In this document: positions 47,408-59,215 of the stretch, one piece after another
Layout of the letters: each line of letters begins with the position of its first letter
How positions within the stretch are numbered: the first letter of the stretch is position 1
Source of the DNA: Vicugna vicugna
Taxonomy: Eukaryota
Assembly (NCBI GenBank): GCA_013265495.1
Contig: MU062119.1
Span: forward strand, 4,190,388-4,254,387
Reading direction: 5' to 3'
DNA: 64,000 bases
Notes under the pieces: model-generated
What the model was told of the DNA's origin: nothing
The model's input: the letters and a program-made list of their open reading frames with translations, nothing else
Databases searched by the model: none
Position numbers and translations under genes: made by a program

Positions 47408-49774
47408 GGTTTCTCTGCTTTTACAAAAGGTCCATTCTCACAATGGTTCCAAGTGGCAGATCAGATCCACTCCCCAGAAAAAAAACCCACTGAGTTCTGC
47501 ACTAACACCTTTCCCCAATATATTCTACCTGGGCCAAAAGGATACTCAGTCCTTAATGGTGCTTCCACGGTCCAAGTTCTAACGGTGTTTCCTCTTCTGG
47601 GCTTTTGCACCTTCTTCAAAGTCCATGTAATGTTTCCAGACATCAGTAAACGCCCCAGTGGAAGAAACAACTACCCTGCAGCCAAAATGGGCTTCCAAGC
47701 AGGGCCACCAGGGAAGAGCCTGCAGAAACAGTCACAAGCCACCAGCCATGAACTCCCTCATCCCGAACCTGGCACACGCCGGGTCAAGCTGGTCACCCTC
47801 CTCTGGCCACAGCCGTTCTCCAGCAACTGCTGCCCAGCCTAGCCTGCAGGACCCCTAACTTCTCAGAAGGAACAAAATCCCCTCCACAGCGCCAACTGGG
47901 AACTTGTAAGGCTCCAGGCAGGACGCTGAGGCCAAAACCAGCTCCCACGGGTACCAGCCTCATCCCCCAGGACGCCAGGCCACGTGGCAAGGAGCGATCC
48001 AGTCTACCCCTGGGACCCGCTGCAGGGGCAACAAAACCCAAGGCTGATCAAAGGGCTTTCACTCCTTTGTGGGGGGACGAACGGCCTCGGAGGCCAAGGG
48101 CTGAGGGGCACAGCAGGCACCCCACTAGCCAGAATCGGGTGCGTCAATGTCTGGGCTGTACAGGCGGGCAGCAGAGCGAGTCCCTGACATTCTTTCTGGA
48201 GGAATCTGGCAACATCTTTAAAGATCTGTCACCCAGCCCTTTCCCCTCTTGAAATCTCTTCAACAGATCAGTCCGGAGGTGTGAGCACACCCGTGGGGGT
48301 CCCCGTACGCGGCACGGACGCTGCTGGTGACTGCAGTACGAAATCCCGGGGCCTGCCAAGGGCCCCGGCAGGAGAGAGCCCGGCACAGACACCCTGCCGC
48401 GTACACTGCCACATCAGGAAGACGTGGTTCTGCCCCTTTCCACTCGGAAACCAGCTGTTTGGTTAAGATGCACTCCCTGTGCTCATGTGACAGCTTCCCA
48501 GGTCTGGCACCCCTCCTTAGTCTTACAAAGACACATATTTAGGTGAAAACTGCATGTTGCAAAAATCTAAGTTGATGTTTTCAGAAAGGAGAGGACTGGA
48601 CATCAATCTGACTTAAAACACGCCACCTCAGCCCATGCTTCCGTCCCCCTCCACGTCCTAGCAGGGTCAACCAGAAATCCTCTTCAACAGACAGGGCCCC
48701 GAGAGCCCAGAGGGCAAGGCCACGGGGGCTGACTGGGGGCCTCAGTTTGCTTATCCTGTTAAATGGGAGCAACTAACCAACTAATGATCACGCAGCCCTT
48801 CCACCTCTGGCAGAAGTCCCTCCAACATTCCCATCTGATGAAGAATTTTAGCTTTATCCACATCCAACTTTGTCTAGTCTAGCAAACCCTCATGTGTTTT
48901 TCAGGGAATACAGGAAGGCCTCATCTCCTACGTAAAAAGGTTACAAAACTGCCTTCAGAGAAACGGACACCCAGAATTCAGTAGGATGAATTCGCTCGTG
49001 TCCCTTGGTTTTCCATTTTATACAGAGGGTAGGTAGACAGACAGGCCCCGTGGTGCCTCCATTTCTCCCAGCTAATGGTCAATCCCTACCTGCAAAGACG
49101 GACAGCAAAGTAAAAGCACACCCCCATGTCACGTGTGTCGCACGAGGCAGTTGTCCCTCCTGCCCCCTAAATAGGCAGGATGGCGTGGTAGGAGGTGCCC
49201 CAAGCTCTGGCTCCGCTGGGGGGAGAGGAGACGGATTCACACGAACTAGGCCCCAGCAGGGCTGGCCCTCCTCAGCGTGACACGTGGGTTTTCCCGTGTT
49301 TTCCTTCGGGACGGCTTAACCAGTCCCACATCAACACCGCCCGGAACGAGAGCCTGCCAGTCGGTACCTTTTATTGCTGCCTGTGACCACAACCCACTCT
49401 GAGCACTGAGCATGGGAAGGGCGGGGCTAGGGGAAGGCTGCCGTTTCACCACCCTCCTCCCTCCTCCCTCCTCATTGGGAGGGGGACACAGTAAGAATGT
49501 GTGATTTCAAGGCCCTGGGGGCAGGCGAGGCCCCAGGAGAAGCTGCCTGCTCAGCCCCAACAGGAGAGGGTCAGCAGGGGCCCACTTGGCACTTTGAGCC
49601 TCTGGGTCTTGGGGGGACAACTGGCCGCAGCCCCTCCCCACACCGGACACTGCCAGGGCAGGGGAACAGATCCTTCCAGGCCTCTGAAGTTAAAATCCTA
49701 GGAATCCTAAAGCCAACAGGACGGGGATGATCTGGTGCTGTTTCTGACAAACCTGGACACAAGAGCCCTCAGTG

Positions 49775-49930
49775 ACAGGCGCTGCTCTCTCTGGGTGCTT
49801 TGAGAGAAAGCATTTAACCCTCAACAGCCCGAGAACGAGGCGCCTGTCATCCCTGCTTGACAGATGAGGAAACCAAGGCCCAGAAGCAAAGCATGCAAGG
49901 CTGTGGGGGTTGAGCCACAGGTGAATGCTA
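49775..49930. mobile_element. MIR SINE
   Basis: gcatttaaccctcaacagccc..atccctgcttgacagatgaggaaaccaaggcccaga. Confidence 0.7.
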
Positions 49931-50689
49931 ACGCCCTGGCCAGGGACTGCCCCACAGAGCCACGGGAGGAAGAGCAGACACCGGGGGCTCACCCCAGGTC
50001 CCCGAGGTCTTCAGCCCTTCCCCTGCACGGACCCCTTCAGGGCAAGCATGCAGTTTACGTTCGGTCATCTAAATCCTCAATTCCGAAAAGGCCTCTGCAC
50101 CCCCAGGCTACAGGTGGGGAACAGCTAGAGGGGAGACAGCTGGTTATGGTGGGAGGACCTACGTTACCACTTGCCCATGTGGGACGCTCCTATCCTGGGT
50201 CTGGCAGCCAGCCTCAAAGTCACGGCAACGTGCAACTCTTCACACAAGTCAAGTTCTCCAGCTGGAGGAACCAGTTCCAGAACTGGAAGGCTTGGCCAGA
50301 GCTCCAAACAGACACAGAAGCCACCCACCCAAATCCACCTCTGCACTGGACAGCCTCACTAGGAGAGGGGCTCCCAGCTCACCTGGGGCAGGAAGGACAC
50401 CTACCTTCAGGATTTTACCCTAGGTCAATGCAAAGCCCGAGGCAGCCAGCGACCCAGTGACGGAGTCTTGGGCACTGTTTATCCACTGCCTGCCCAGCCA
50501 GGGGAGGGGTGCTCGGTCCTATGCAATTCTGGGGCACAGAGGGCAGACTCCAGCTTCCCAAGTGAGACCCCAGGTCTCAAGAAGCATCAGCCCATACTTA
50601 GGTTAAAAATAAATTTTAAAATCTCCGCCCCCCACCTTCCCCATGGAAAGGAAGTCCTATCTCCTCCTCCCAACCCCCAGCAGAAGGCC

Positions 50690-50830
50690 CTTTCAGCTCA
50701 GCTGGGGGTTTACAGAACGCAGATGTCTGCGCCCCACCCCTAGAGATTTGGGTCTTGTTTGGTCACAGACCCAGCCTGGGCGTTTTAAAGTTCCCCAGGT
50801 GAGTCTGAAGTGTAGGCAAGCACCTGGGCT
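50690..50830. mobile_element. MER5A-like hAT-Charlie MITE
   Basis: cagatgtctgcgccccacccctagagatt...ttttaaagttccccaggtgagtctgaagtgtagg. Confidence 0.65.
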
Positions 50831-52144
50831 GGGGGCTTCCTGCTCCCCATACACCTCCTTCCTCAGTTAAAAGTCACCTCCTGGAGACCCCCAAGTCCCA
50901 CAGGGACCCCCCCAAGCCTCAAGTTCACCCAAATTCCCCTCTTCCCCCAGATGTATGCGAACTCTGGTACCCTCCCCTTCTCTCCAGGCCTGGCCTCCAT
51001 CCCACCCTCTCCAGATGCTGCTCTCACTTCCCCCAGCCCTGTAAGTGGCTTCCTCTCTGAACGTGCTCAAGGCATCAGGAAGGGAGGGGCAGCTGGTCTC
51101 AGGGACCCCCGGGATGTGGAGCTAAGTGGAGAATTCCAGGCAGAGGAGAGCCCCAGCAAAGACAGGGAGACAAGGCACTGAGTATGAACCCCTGAGGTTT
51201 CATCCTGCTGGAGCAGGGGCACAAGCCAAGAGGCCAGTGGGGGAAAGACGCTACAGAGGCGAGATTAAAGCCACCCCCTCCCCCCCCCCCCACGTCCCAG
51301 CTCAATAAATTCTCATTGACTAGAATGCTCCCAAACGTCACCTCCTGCCTGTGGCCTCGGATGAGGAGAAAGGCCAGTGCTGGAAAGTGGAGCCAGCGGC
51401 TCAGCAACCCGCACCACACTCAGCGAGAGAGGAGAGAAATTAAAGCGAGTGGCCAAGCTGAAATGTCACCCGAAGCACAGATCCCTGCAGGTTGGAAAAA
51501 CAGCTCCCCCAGCACAGCATGGAAGCCGGGCGGGCCGGCCTCAGGCCGCCCTGTGGTTTGGAGGCTGCTGTGTTGCCACAACAGAGGGAACTGACGAGCT
51601 ACCACCCAGCCCCAGCCCGGCACAGACTTCGAGTAACCCGGGCTGGGAATTCCAAGCCTTCGGATGGGGCCAGGAAAAACCTGCCTTGCTGGCTGACTCC
51701 ACAAGCCCCTACGAGTTCCTGGGGCAAGAGGAGAGAGGTAGCAGCCAGGTCTTGCTCACCCACGTTCTTCTGGGGAAGTGAGAGCTGCAGGCACCCACCC
51801 CTCTGGTAGGGGCTCCAAGCCCAGAAATCCTTCTTCCTTCAGAGCAGGAGAAGCAGAGACAACTCCTGCCAAAGGGTCAAGGGCCATTAGGGACTGAGTG
51901 GACTGGGGAGGTGTCAGGCTCGGAGGGGCAAGACCCACGGTGGCCACAGAGTGGCGCTGTGCAGAGTTTGGCTCCTCTGGCCAGAGATGCTGAACCCAGG
52001 GGCTGGAGGCTTCTGCTCCCAAACCCCAAGGCTCTCTCGGAACTGCAGCTCCTGATCTTCCCACAGAGGCAGGGACGTTATTAGAGGCCGAAGGACTGCA
52101 TAAGGGCATGGCTCGACAAAGGAATCTGAGTTCCAAAGGGAGCA

Positions 52145-52290
52145 GCTGCTTCTAGCGGTGAGCTTAGGCTCTGATTCTCAGTGCCAGTCTGCACAGGAGA
52201 ATCACCTGGGGACCCCCGAGAACTCCCCAGGCAGGGGCCGCGAACCCAGAGGCAGTAGCTTCACTGGGCTTGGGGAGGCCTGGCCACCCG
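52145..52290. mobile_element. MER5-like hAT fragment
   Basis: tgattctcagtgccagtctgcacaggagaatcacctgggga...cccagaggcagtagc. Confidence 0.55.
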
Positions 52291-53549
52291 CAACTGTAGA
52301 AAACCAGGTTGCAGGATCTATAAACCCATCTCAACTGCAACAAGGAGTTTCAGGATTCCGGAAGCTGTCCGCAACAGGTCAGGGCCTGTGCTGTCAAGGA
52401 CTGCCTGTTACCTTGTTCAGAGCCTGGCCCCACAGATACGATGGGCCTCCCAGCCTCCCTTCCCAAGGCGGGGCTGACCCTGGGTCACCACCCTGGCTGC
52501 TCACCAGCTCCAGACTCTGCACCGCCCCCAAAGTTCACATAAAGGAAGCTTGAAGTGTCAAAACTCTGGCTGGCTGGCTCCTGAGGCCCCGTTCCCTCCT
52601 CACTGCAGTGCGGGGTCTACTCCTGCTCTGAGACAATGTGACAAAAGCCAATCCCACAGCACTCACCCTGGCATCAGGGCTGCACTGATAGGGGCTGATG
52701 TGAAGTATCCATGCAGCTGTTATCTCTGAGCCAGGCCTGCGAGCTTCCTAGTCCACCAGGGCCAGGGCACGGCGGTAACGCCCCTGAACAGCCAGCAGCT
52801 GGGATGACACACAGGCGGCCAGTCGGAGCCTGCGCCCTGGGCCCCCTCACCTGTGGCGTGGCCCAGCTGAGTCAGGTTCCACCGTCCCTACGGGTGGAGG
52901 CAGCCCGTAAACACAGGCTGAGCAACACTTACATGCCCCAAGCCTAACTAACACCCAGAGGCAGCCTGCTGGCCTTGGTCCCTTCACTTTCCACGGGGGG
53001 CGGGCGGGCGGGCTGGCAGCGCAGAATCCCAGGGGAGAGGACCCAGCCAGCCAACCAGGGGACATTTCTAAGTGCCTCACCAAGACCTTCTGACCCTCTG
53101 CCCCTCTGCTTGGAAATCGGCTTAAGCGGGGAGGTTCCCACCCAGAATCCGCTGGGCCCTTTGTTCCAGTCTTTCACAAAAGCAGCCCTTTTTTTTTTCG
53201 TCTGGTGGTCCCGCTTTTTGTTTCCAAACCACAGCCTGTGTGGGCCCCAGATAAGGCACTGCAGGGGTTAACAAGGGTTTAATGTATTTTAGACGCACTC
53301 CGCAGACAAAGGCTAGTTTACAAAACAGGAGCCAAATCGACTCAACTCGGCTGGTATCCACCACCCAGCAGGTGCTTCCCCGCCGAGCGCACAGCCCTCC
53401 AAACTTAAAGCCAGCGCTCGAGCAAGGAGCCCCGGCACATCACGTGGGGGCGTCCCAGCAACCCTTCATCCAATCCGGGAAACCCTTTCTCCCCAAGACC
53501 CGCGACTCAACCTCCACTGCGCACTCCTAAGTGGTCCCCGGCCCCCCCT

Positions 53550-54900
53550 CCAGAGCTCCGGAGGGTGAGCACAACTCCCGCTCCGCCTCCACGAAGGGAA
53601 TTTAATTAGCCTGCTGGAGAGGCGGGCGGGCGGCCGAGGAGGTGTCTCTGGTGCTGCAATATAATTGAATCGGCTCCACTCGGTCGGGCCACTCGCCGCC
53701 CATCAGCGCGGCCGCCGAGCTGGGGGCGGGGAGGCGCATCCAGGCGGGGCAGGAAGGGCCGGGGAGGAAAAAAGGGCAGCGCGAGTAGGGGGCAGCGGAT
53801 GCAATCACCTCCCACCTCCGAGGCCGGGGCAGCCATCTTCAGCAGGGGGAGGGGCAGGGGAACTGCTCCAACGAGGTGGGGGGAGGGGTGGGCAGAGGGA
53901 GGAGAGAAGCGACGGAGCCCGGGGCGCGCCCTTGGGAAGCAGGGCGTGGGGGTCGGAGACCTGGGAGGCTGCAGTCCCGCCCTCCCGGCGGTCTCCCTCG
54001 CTCCGAGGAAAGGGGGAGGGGAGCAAGACAAAAAGCCAAACGGCGCAGCCCCAGGCGGCGAGCAACCCCCTCCCCAGCCGCCGCCAGCACCTGCCACGGG
54101 GACGCACCGCCTCCCCCCTCGATCCCTCCCCCGCCGCCGCAAAGTTTTCACTCCGGCTTCAGAGTGTCGACAGCTCACCGAGAGCCCCCCAGCTCCCCAC
54201 CCGCGAGCTCTTAAGCGTCCCTCGCTGAACGCAGCCACCGAGCCCGAGCCTGCGGCGGCTCGAGCCCCCACCCGGAGCCAGGCGGCCCAGGCTGCGACCC
54301 GCCGCGGGCGGGGGGGTGCTTTGGTCGCTTGCCTGTCCGCTCAGCTCTTATCGCCGCTCACACTCTGGGGGAAGTTGCCCTGGAGCCGTTGGCGGCCGCC
54401 CCCGCGGAACCCGCGAACTTGGAGGAGAGGGGGGCGCTGGGGAGGGAGGGAGCGCGGAGACCGCCCCCCCCGCCCCCTGCCCCGAGCGGCGCGCTCACCT
54501 TTCATGCCAGGGCCCCGCAGCTCCGCCNNNNNNNNNNNNNNNNNNNNNNNNNNNNNNNNNNNNNNNNNNNNNNNNNNNNNNNNNNNNNNNNNNNNNNNNN
54601 NNNNNNNNNNNNNNNNNNNNNNNNNNNNNNNNNNNNNNNNNNNNNNNNNNNNNNNNNNNNNNNNNNNNNNNNNNNNNNNNNNNNNNNNNNNNNNAAGCGC
54701 AACGCCGCCCACTCCCGGGCCACTGGCTCGCTCCCGGCTCCCTGACCTCAGCCAGCGGGAGGCGTCGGGTTTCAGCCGCAAACACGCGCGCGCGCACCGA
54801 CGGACGCCCGGGTACACCCGCGCAGGCACACGCCCCTCCCCAGCCAGGCCGGCCAGGTGAGCCGAGGACACCAGCTGGTAGGGGAAGTGCCACCCTCAGG
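53550..54900. promoter_or_regulatory. GSE1: CpG island / main GSE1 promoter and start of intron 1
   Basis: Very dense CpG, GC-box-like and G-tract sequence surrounding exon 1. Confidence 0.85.
54499..54505 (-). CDS. GSE1: GSE1 exon 1 coding part (7 nt, ATG AAA G = MK(G))
   Basis: ccctggcATGAAAG|GTGAGC inside a CpG island; phase 1 matches exon 2. The 5'UTR and TSS run into gap 54528-54694. Confidence 0.9.
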
Positions 54901-55379
54901 CTCTCGGGGGTCCCTGGCTCGACTGGTCAGGGGTCCGCGATACACTGGTGTCCAAGCCTAGCCACTTGAGTCCAAAAGTAGTGAGCAGTCACTTCCAATA
55001 CGCCCGCCAAGCGAGAAGAGCCCTTGTGCGTCTCACGACCGCTTCCCCGGCGCCTAAAACTGTCTGGAACAAGCAGGCCCAACAAGGAATGAACGGATAA
55101 ACTCACGTGTTCCTGGAGGCCTTTTGGAGGAAAACTTTCTCGGAGCCGGAGTGTGTGTGCTGGGGGTGGGAGGGTAGTACAAGATAGGCTGTGCGTTTAT
55201 CCTCCCCACCCCCACCCCTTACTACCCCAACTTGAAATGGCTGAATGTTAAGAACTCGGGCCTACGTGCCTTCCTCTCAAAATTCTAGGAACTCCCCTTT
55301 CTCGTTTTGTTTTAAGTAACTTTTGGGAAGGCCACAGTGCGGGGAAGGGCGGGGGTAGTTCTTTTAAGAACCCATGTCC

Positions 55380-56660
55380 CAGCGGCTGGAGAGTCCACGG
55401 AGGCGCCGCTCCGCCAGGGGGATCATTAAGTAGCTGGGGTTGCGGTCGGAGGCGAGGCCGCCCGCCTCCAGAAACTGGCACGACCCACTGGGCCTCTGGC
55501 CCCGGAGCAGCGCCTCCCCATTCCTGGCACCCCCCCACCCCACCCTACCTCACCCAGGCACTTGACAGACTGGAATGACTCAGGGAGCGTCCTGAAATTC
55601 CTGGGCACCCACAGGCGGCACGGCGAAGGACTGCGGCCCCAGCCTCCCCACCTCCTGGCTCCGCCCCGCCCCCACCAGCAGCGGCGCCGTCGACCCGCCT
55701 CGAGCCCACCCCCCACGCGGCCCGCGTCTCCAGGAAGCGCCGGGTTAATGGGGCAGGCCTCGCCCGACGCCCCTGGCCCTGGCGCGTTCCGGCGCCCCAG
55801 GGCTCTGACCTCGCGGGCGTCCAAAGCTCCCAGCGTTGCTCAGATGCCCCCGGGTCTCTCCCTGTACAACTCCTTTTGAAAATTCTCTAATCTACAGCTT
55901 TCACACCTTTAAGCCCGGAGGCAAACCAGTACCCACCGCCCCCTCCCGCACCGCCCCAAGCAGCCGCCCTAGCGCCGCGCTGCGGGTTTCAACTTTCGCC
56001 CTCCGGTGCCAGCCCGCGCTTCTGCCAGCCCCAAACCTGCCCCGGGACATGCCCGCGCCGCGCTTGGCAGGCGCGCACGCAGCCGTCCCCGCGGGCCCAG
56101 CCTCCCCCGCCTTCCCTCCTCCCTCTCCCTCCCTCCTCGCGCCAGTCCGGATTGCGACGGGAGGGAGCGCTGGGCGCCTGCCACCCCCCATCCATCTGTT
56201 CCCGATGACGCTGGCGGGCCTGGAGCATTCGGAGCCCGCGCCAGCAGGGAGGAGAACCCGCCTGTGTGCCCGCGGGGGGCCGAGGGGCAGAGCCCGGACT
56301 GGCGCCCCCAAACCACTCATTCCCCTGATCCACCTTCCACCGCGGGTCGGCCCCTCTCCTTGCACAAGTCTCCTGGCCGACCACAAACGAAAAGGGAAAC
56401 GGACCCGCGAGGCCGGGGGCCGTTACTGGCTCCTACCTGCGGGCGCTGGCCGGCCTTGGCACCATGTGGGAGGGGCGCTTCTCCTCCACCACCCGCCTCG
56501 CTACGGGCCTAGCCTCCCTCCAGGGGGCCTAGGCCTCTGCCCGACGCTGTTAATTTAGGCACCACACAGTGTCTCCGCAGCGCGGCCTCCGGTAATTTAT
56601 CCCCAGCAGTGGCCGGCATATTCACCGCGGCCCTGGCGGCCAGGACGTGGGGGAAGGGGT
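55380..56660. promoter_or_regulatory. GSE1: Second CpG-rich block, likely upstream alternative GSE1 promoter
   Basis: Dense CpG; contains a strong minus-strand donor CAG|GTAGGA at 56437/56436. Confidence 0.65.
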
Positions 56661-57109
56661 GCCTCCATCCCGGTCTAGAGTCTCGGGTGGGGGGAGGGGA
56701 GGGAGGAGTTGAGAGACCAACTACCGGCCTAAGGCCTGAAAAACAAAATTAAAAACCTCTGGGGGCGGTTCCAGCCCTTTCCCACCTAGATTACAGGCTG
56801 TGGGGGGAGGGGAGTAACTTGCAAATGAAACAACTCGCACCTGCCCAGCAGTCTCCTCCCAGCCCAGTCTCCAGTCTGGACACCCAGGCCCAACCTCCAA
56901 ATCTCTCACACCAGGACATGGACTCGCGATTATTTCCCTTCTTCTTTGGGGGGCCCCCGGTGGTGGTGTTGGGGAAAGGTCAAGTTCTTCCACCTGTTTG
57001 AGAAGGATCACAATGGTAGAACAAAAAATCTGTGGGGTGGCCACTGCGGTTTATCATTTGGCTACTTTTTAGAACTGGCCGATCCCTCTCTTGCAGACAT
57101 CTGGTTACA

Positions 57110-57200
57110 CTGGATTGCGAGACGGGCAATCTGAGCCCCATTTCAAAGATGAGGAAGTTGAGGCCAGAGTTGCTCAAGGTCACGTAGGCACTGTTGCGAT
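57110..57200. mobile_element. MIR SINE fragment
   Basis: gccccatttcaaagatgaggaagttgaggccagagttgctcaaggtcac. Confidence 0.65.
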
Positions 57201-58235
57201 GGTTTCTGGCTGGGAACTGCTCGCACCTGGAGTCTCCCAGTTCGCAGCACAGCCGGCGGAGGCGGCTGGGAGCTGCAGACAACCCCAGCGACCGCCGGGA
57301 GGCAGCAGCGAGCTGGCTGTGCGTGCCCTGGCTAGAAAATGCTGGCAGCCACCAGGCGGGCTGGCACGGGGGAGATGGATGACACTCACTGTCAGTGCGC
57401 CCGGCCGGAGGAAATTAGTAATCCGGGAGCTGGCCTCCGAGTTTAAGGGTGGGAATTGCTCTCCCGCAGCCCGCGCACTCCTCACTAACGAGGTTTGTAG
57501 CTTGACTCCTAATCTCAGGCTGGCCACCCTCCATTTCCCTCCAGGCGTGTTCTTTCTCCTCCTCGGCAGCTCCCACCCCGCAGCCAGTCGTGAGTTCTTC
57601 CTTGGCAAAGTGCTCCCTCCTTGCACTCCTCTCCCTCATTCCCATATGCCTGGAAACCTGGCAGAAAGAGGAGGTCCAGTGTAAGAGGGCAAGTTTTACC
57701 CAAGGCTGGGGCCAATCCTATGGGGGGCTGTAGGGGGACACTTCCCAGACTGAGGACACCTGCCCTGATGACCCTGCTCACCAGAGGCGATAGATTGCTG
57801 GCAAGTGCCTGCCCGCACCCCCAGACTCAGGTCAGTGAACAGTGCCTCCTGGAGCAGGAAGCAGGGGTCAGAAGGCCCTCAACCTGGCTCTGAGCACTTA
57901 CTCAGGCGCGTCCTTGTGAAATCCAGCCCACATCCAGGAGCTTGGGACTTGGGAAACCTACCCAGCCAAAGGCATGAAAAAGCCCTCAGTTAAGGAAAAG
58001 CCTCAGGAGCCTGTTAAACTTACCCACTGAAGCCTGGGACTGACAAGGGATCTCCTGGGAAGAAAGGGTTGACTCTAACCAACATGGTGGACATTTGTCA
58101 CTCAGCAAACACACTAGCCTTCCCAGATACACAACTGAAAATGCCAGGCCCAAGGGGGAGGGTGCTGATAGGAGGGGTACTTTGAGGCAGCAAGGAATTG
58201 AGAAGACAGGAGGGCGGGTTGGCAACTTACCCCTC

Positions 58236-58255
58236 ACCACCACCACCACCACCAC
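58236..58255. repeat. (CAC)n microsatellite
   Basis: caccaccaccaccaccac read directly. Confidence 0.8.
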
Positions 58256-58599
58256 CCAGGGACCGTCCTGGGCCAAGTAAGGTTCCCAGGGGTTGGAGGC
58301 ACTACCTGCCACTGTCCTCCACTGAGTCTCAGCACAGGTCCAGCCCCTGGTCTATGATGGGCCCTGGATACCAGGGAAGGGGGTTCTGCAGTCCTGTTCT
58401 TTATCTTCCTGCCACCGATCCACAGGACTCATGGTCTAACAGTGTCCTCCACCCTAACCAGCTGTTCCTAGCACATAAGGGCTGCATGTCACCATCATTT
58501 TTCCATCACCCTAGACACCCCATTCAGCATCTGAATTGGCAGACAAGCGTCAGGGACCTGGACTTCAGTGTGGGTGGGAAGGGAGGTTCCCTTCTGCCG

Positions 58600-58770
58600 T
58601 TTACCAGATACCTAACATGTGCCAAGGCAGCTCAGCTCCTGTCACTTAATCCTCTAGGGCCCTGCAAGGTGGCCTCCTGATCTCCATCACAAAGCCTGGT
58701 GAGGAGACCCAAGACAGTTAATTGACTCATCTAGGGCTCACAATTTCGACCCCAAGCCTGATCCAGACTG
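58600..58770. mobile_element. MIR SINE
   Basis: acctaacatgtgccaaggca..cacttaatcctc..ccctgcaaggt..gaggagacccaagacagttaattgactc. Confidence 0.6.
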
Positions 58771-59089
58771 GGGGTGTCGCCTACACCTAGCAACATTTCT
58801 CCGTAGCCTCTGCTGCAGATACATGGGGAAGGGGTGGCTGCAGCACCTCTGCTGGCTGTCCCAGTGTCTGAAAACCATTCTCCCTTCCAGGGGACTGAGG
58901 GACCCAGAGCCCAGCACCCTGGGATCTGTGCCATCCCTCTGCATGAGTGGTCCACTCACCCCAAGGCCACTGATGTAGAGGGCACCACCAGGAGCACCAA
59001 GGGCTGAGGGGCAAGGGGCCTGCCCAGCCGCCCCCTCCATCCCCAGCCCCTCCTGCCCTGCCCTGTGGCCAAACCTCCATTACTTGTAC

Positions 59090-59215
59090 ACTGAAGTCCC
59101 CTTTCTCTCTCTAGCCAGCTATCACTGGTCCAGAAATCCTCTCCATTCTTCAAAGCCCAGCTTAAATCTTATCTCTTCCAAGAAGGCTTTTCCCATCCCT
59201 GCCTCTAGAATTCAT
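59090..59215. mobile_element. L2 LINE fragment
   Basis: ccattcttcaaagcccagcttaaatcttatctcttccaagaaggcttttccc, typical of the L2 3' region. Confidence 0.6.

Noticed and set aside
53606-54969. Several 180-350-aa ORFs over the promoter
   Set aside because: CpG-island stop-codon depletion and gap-spanning; Pro/Arg/Gly/Ala low complexity.
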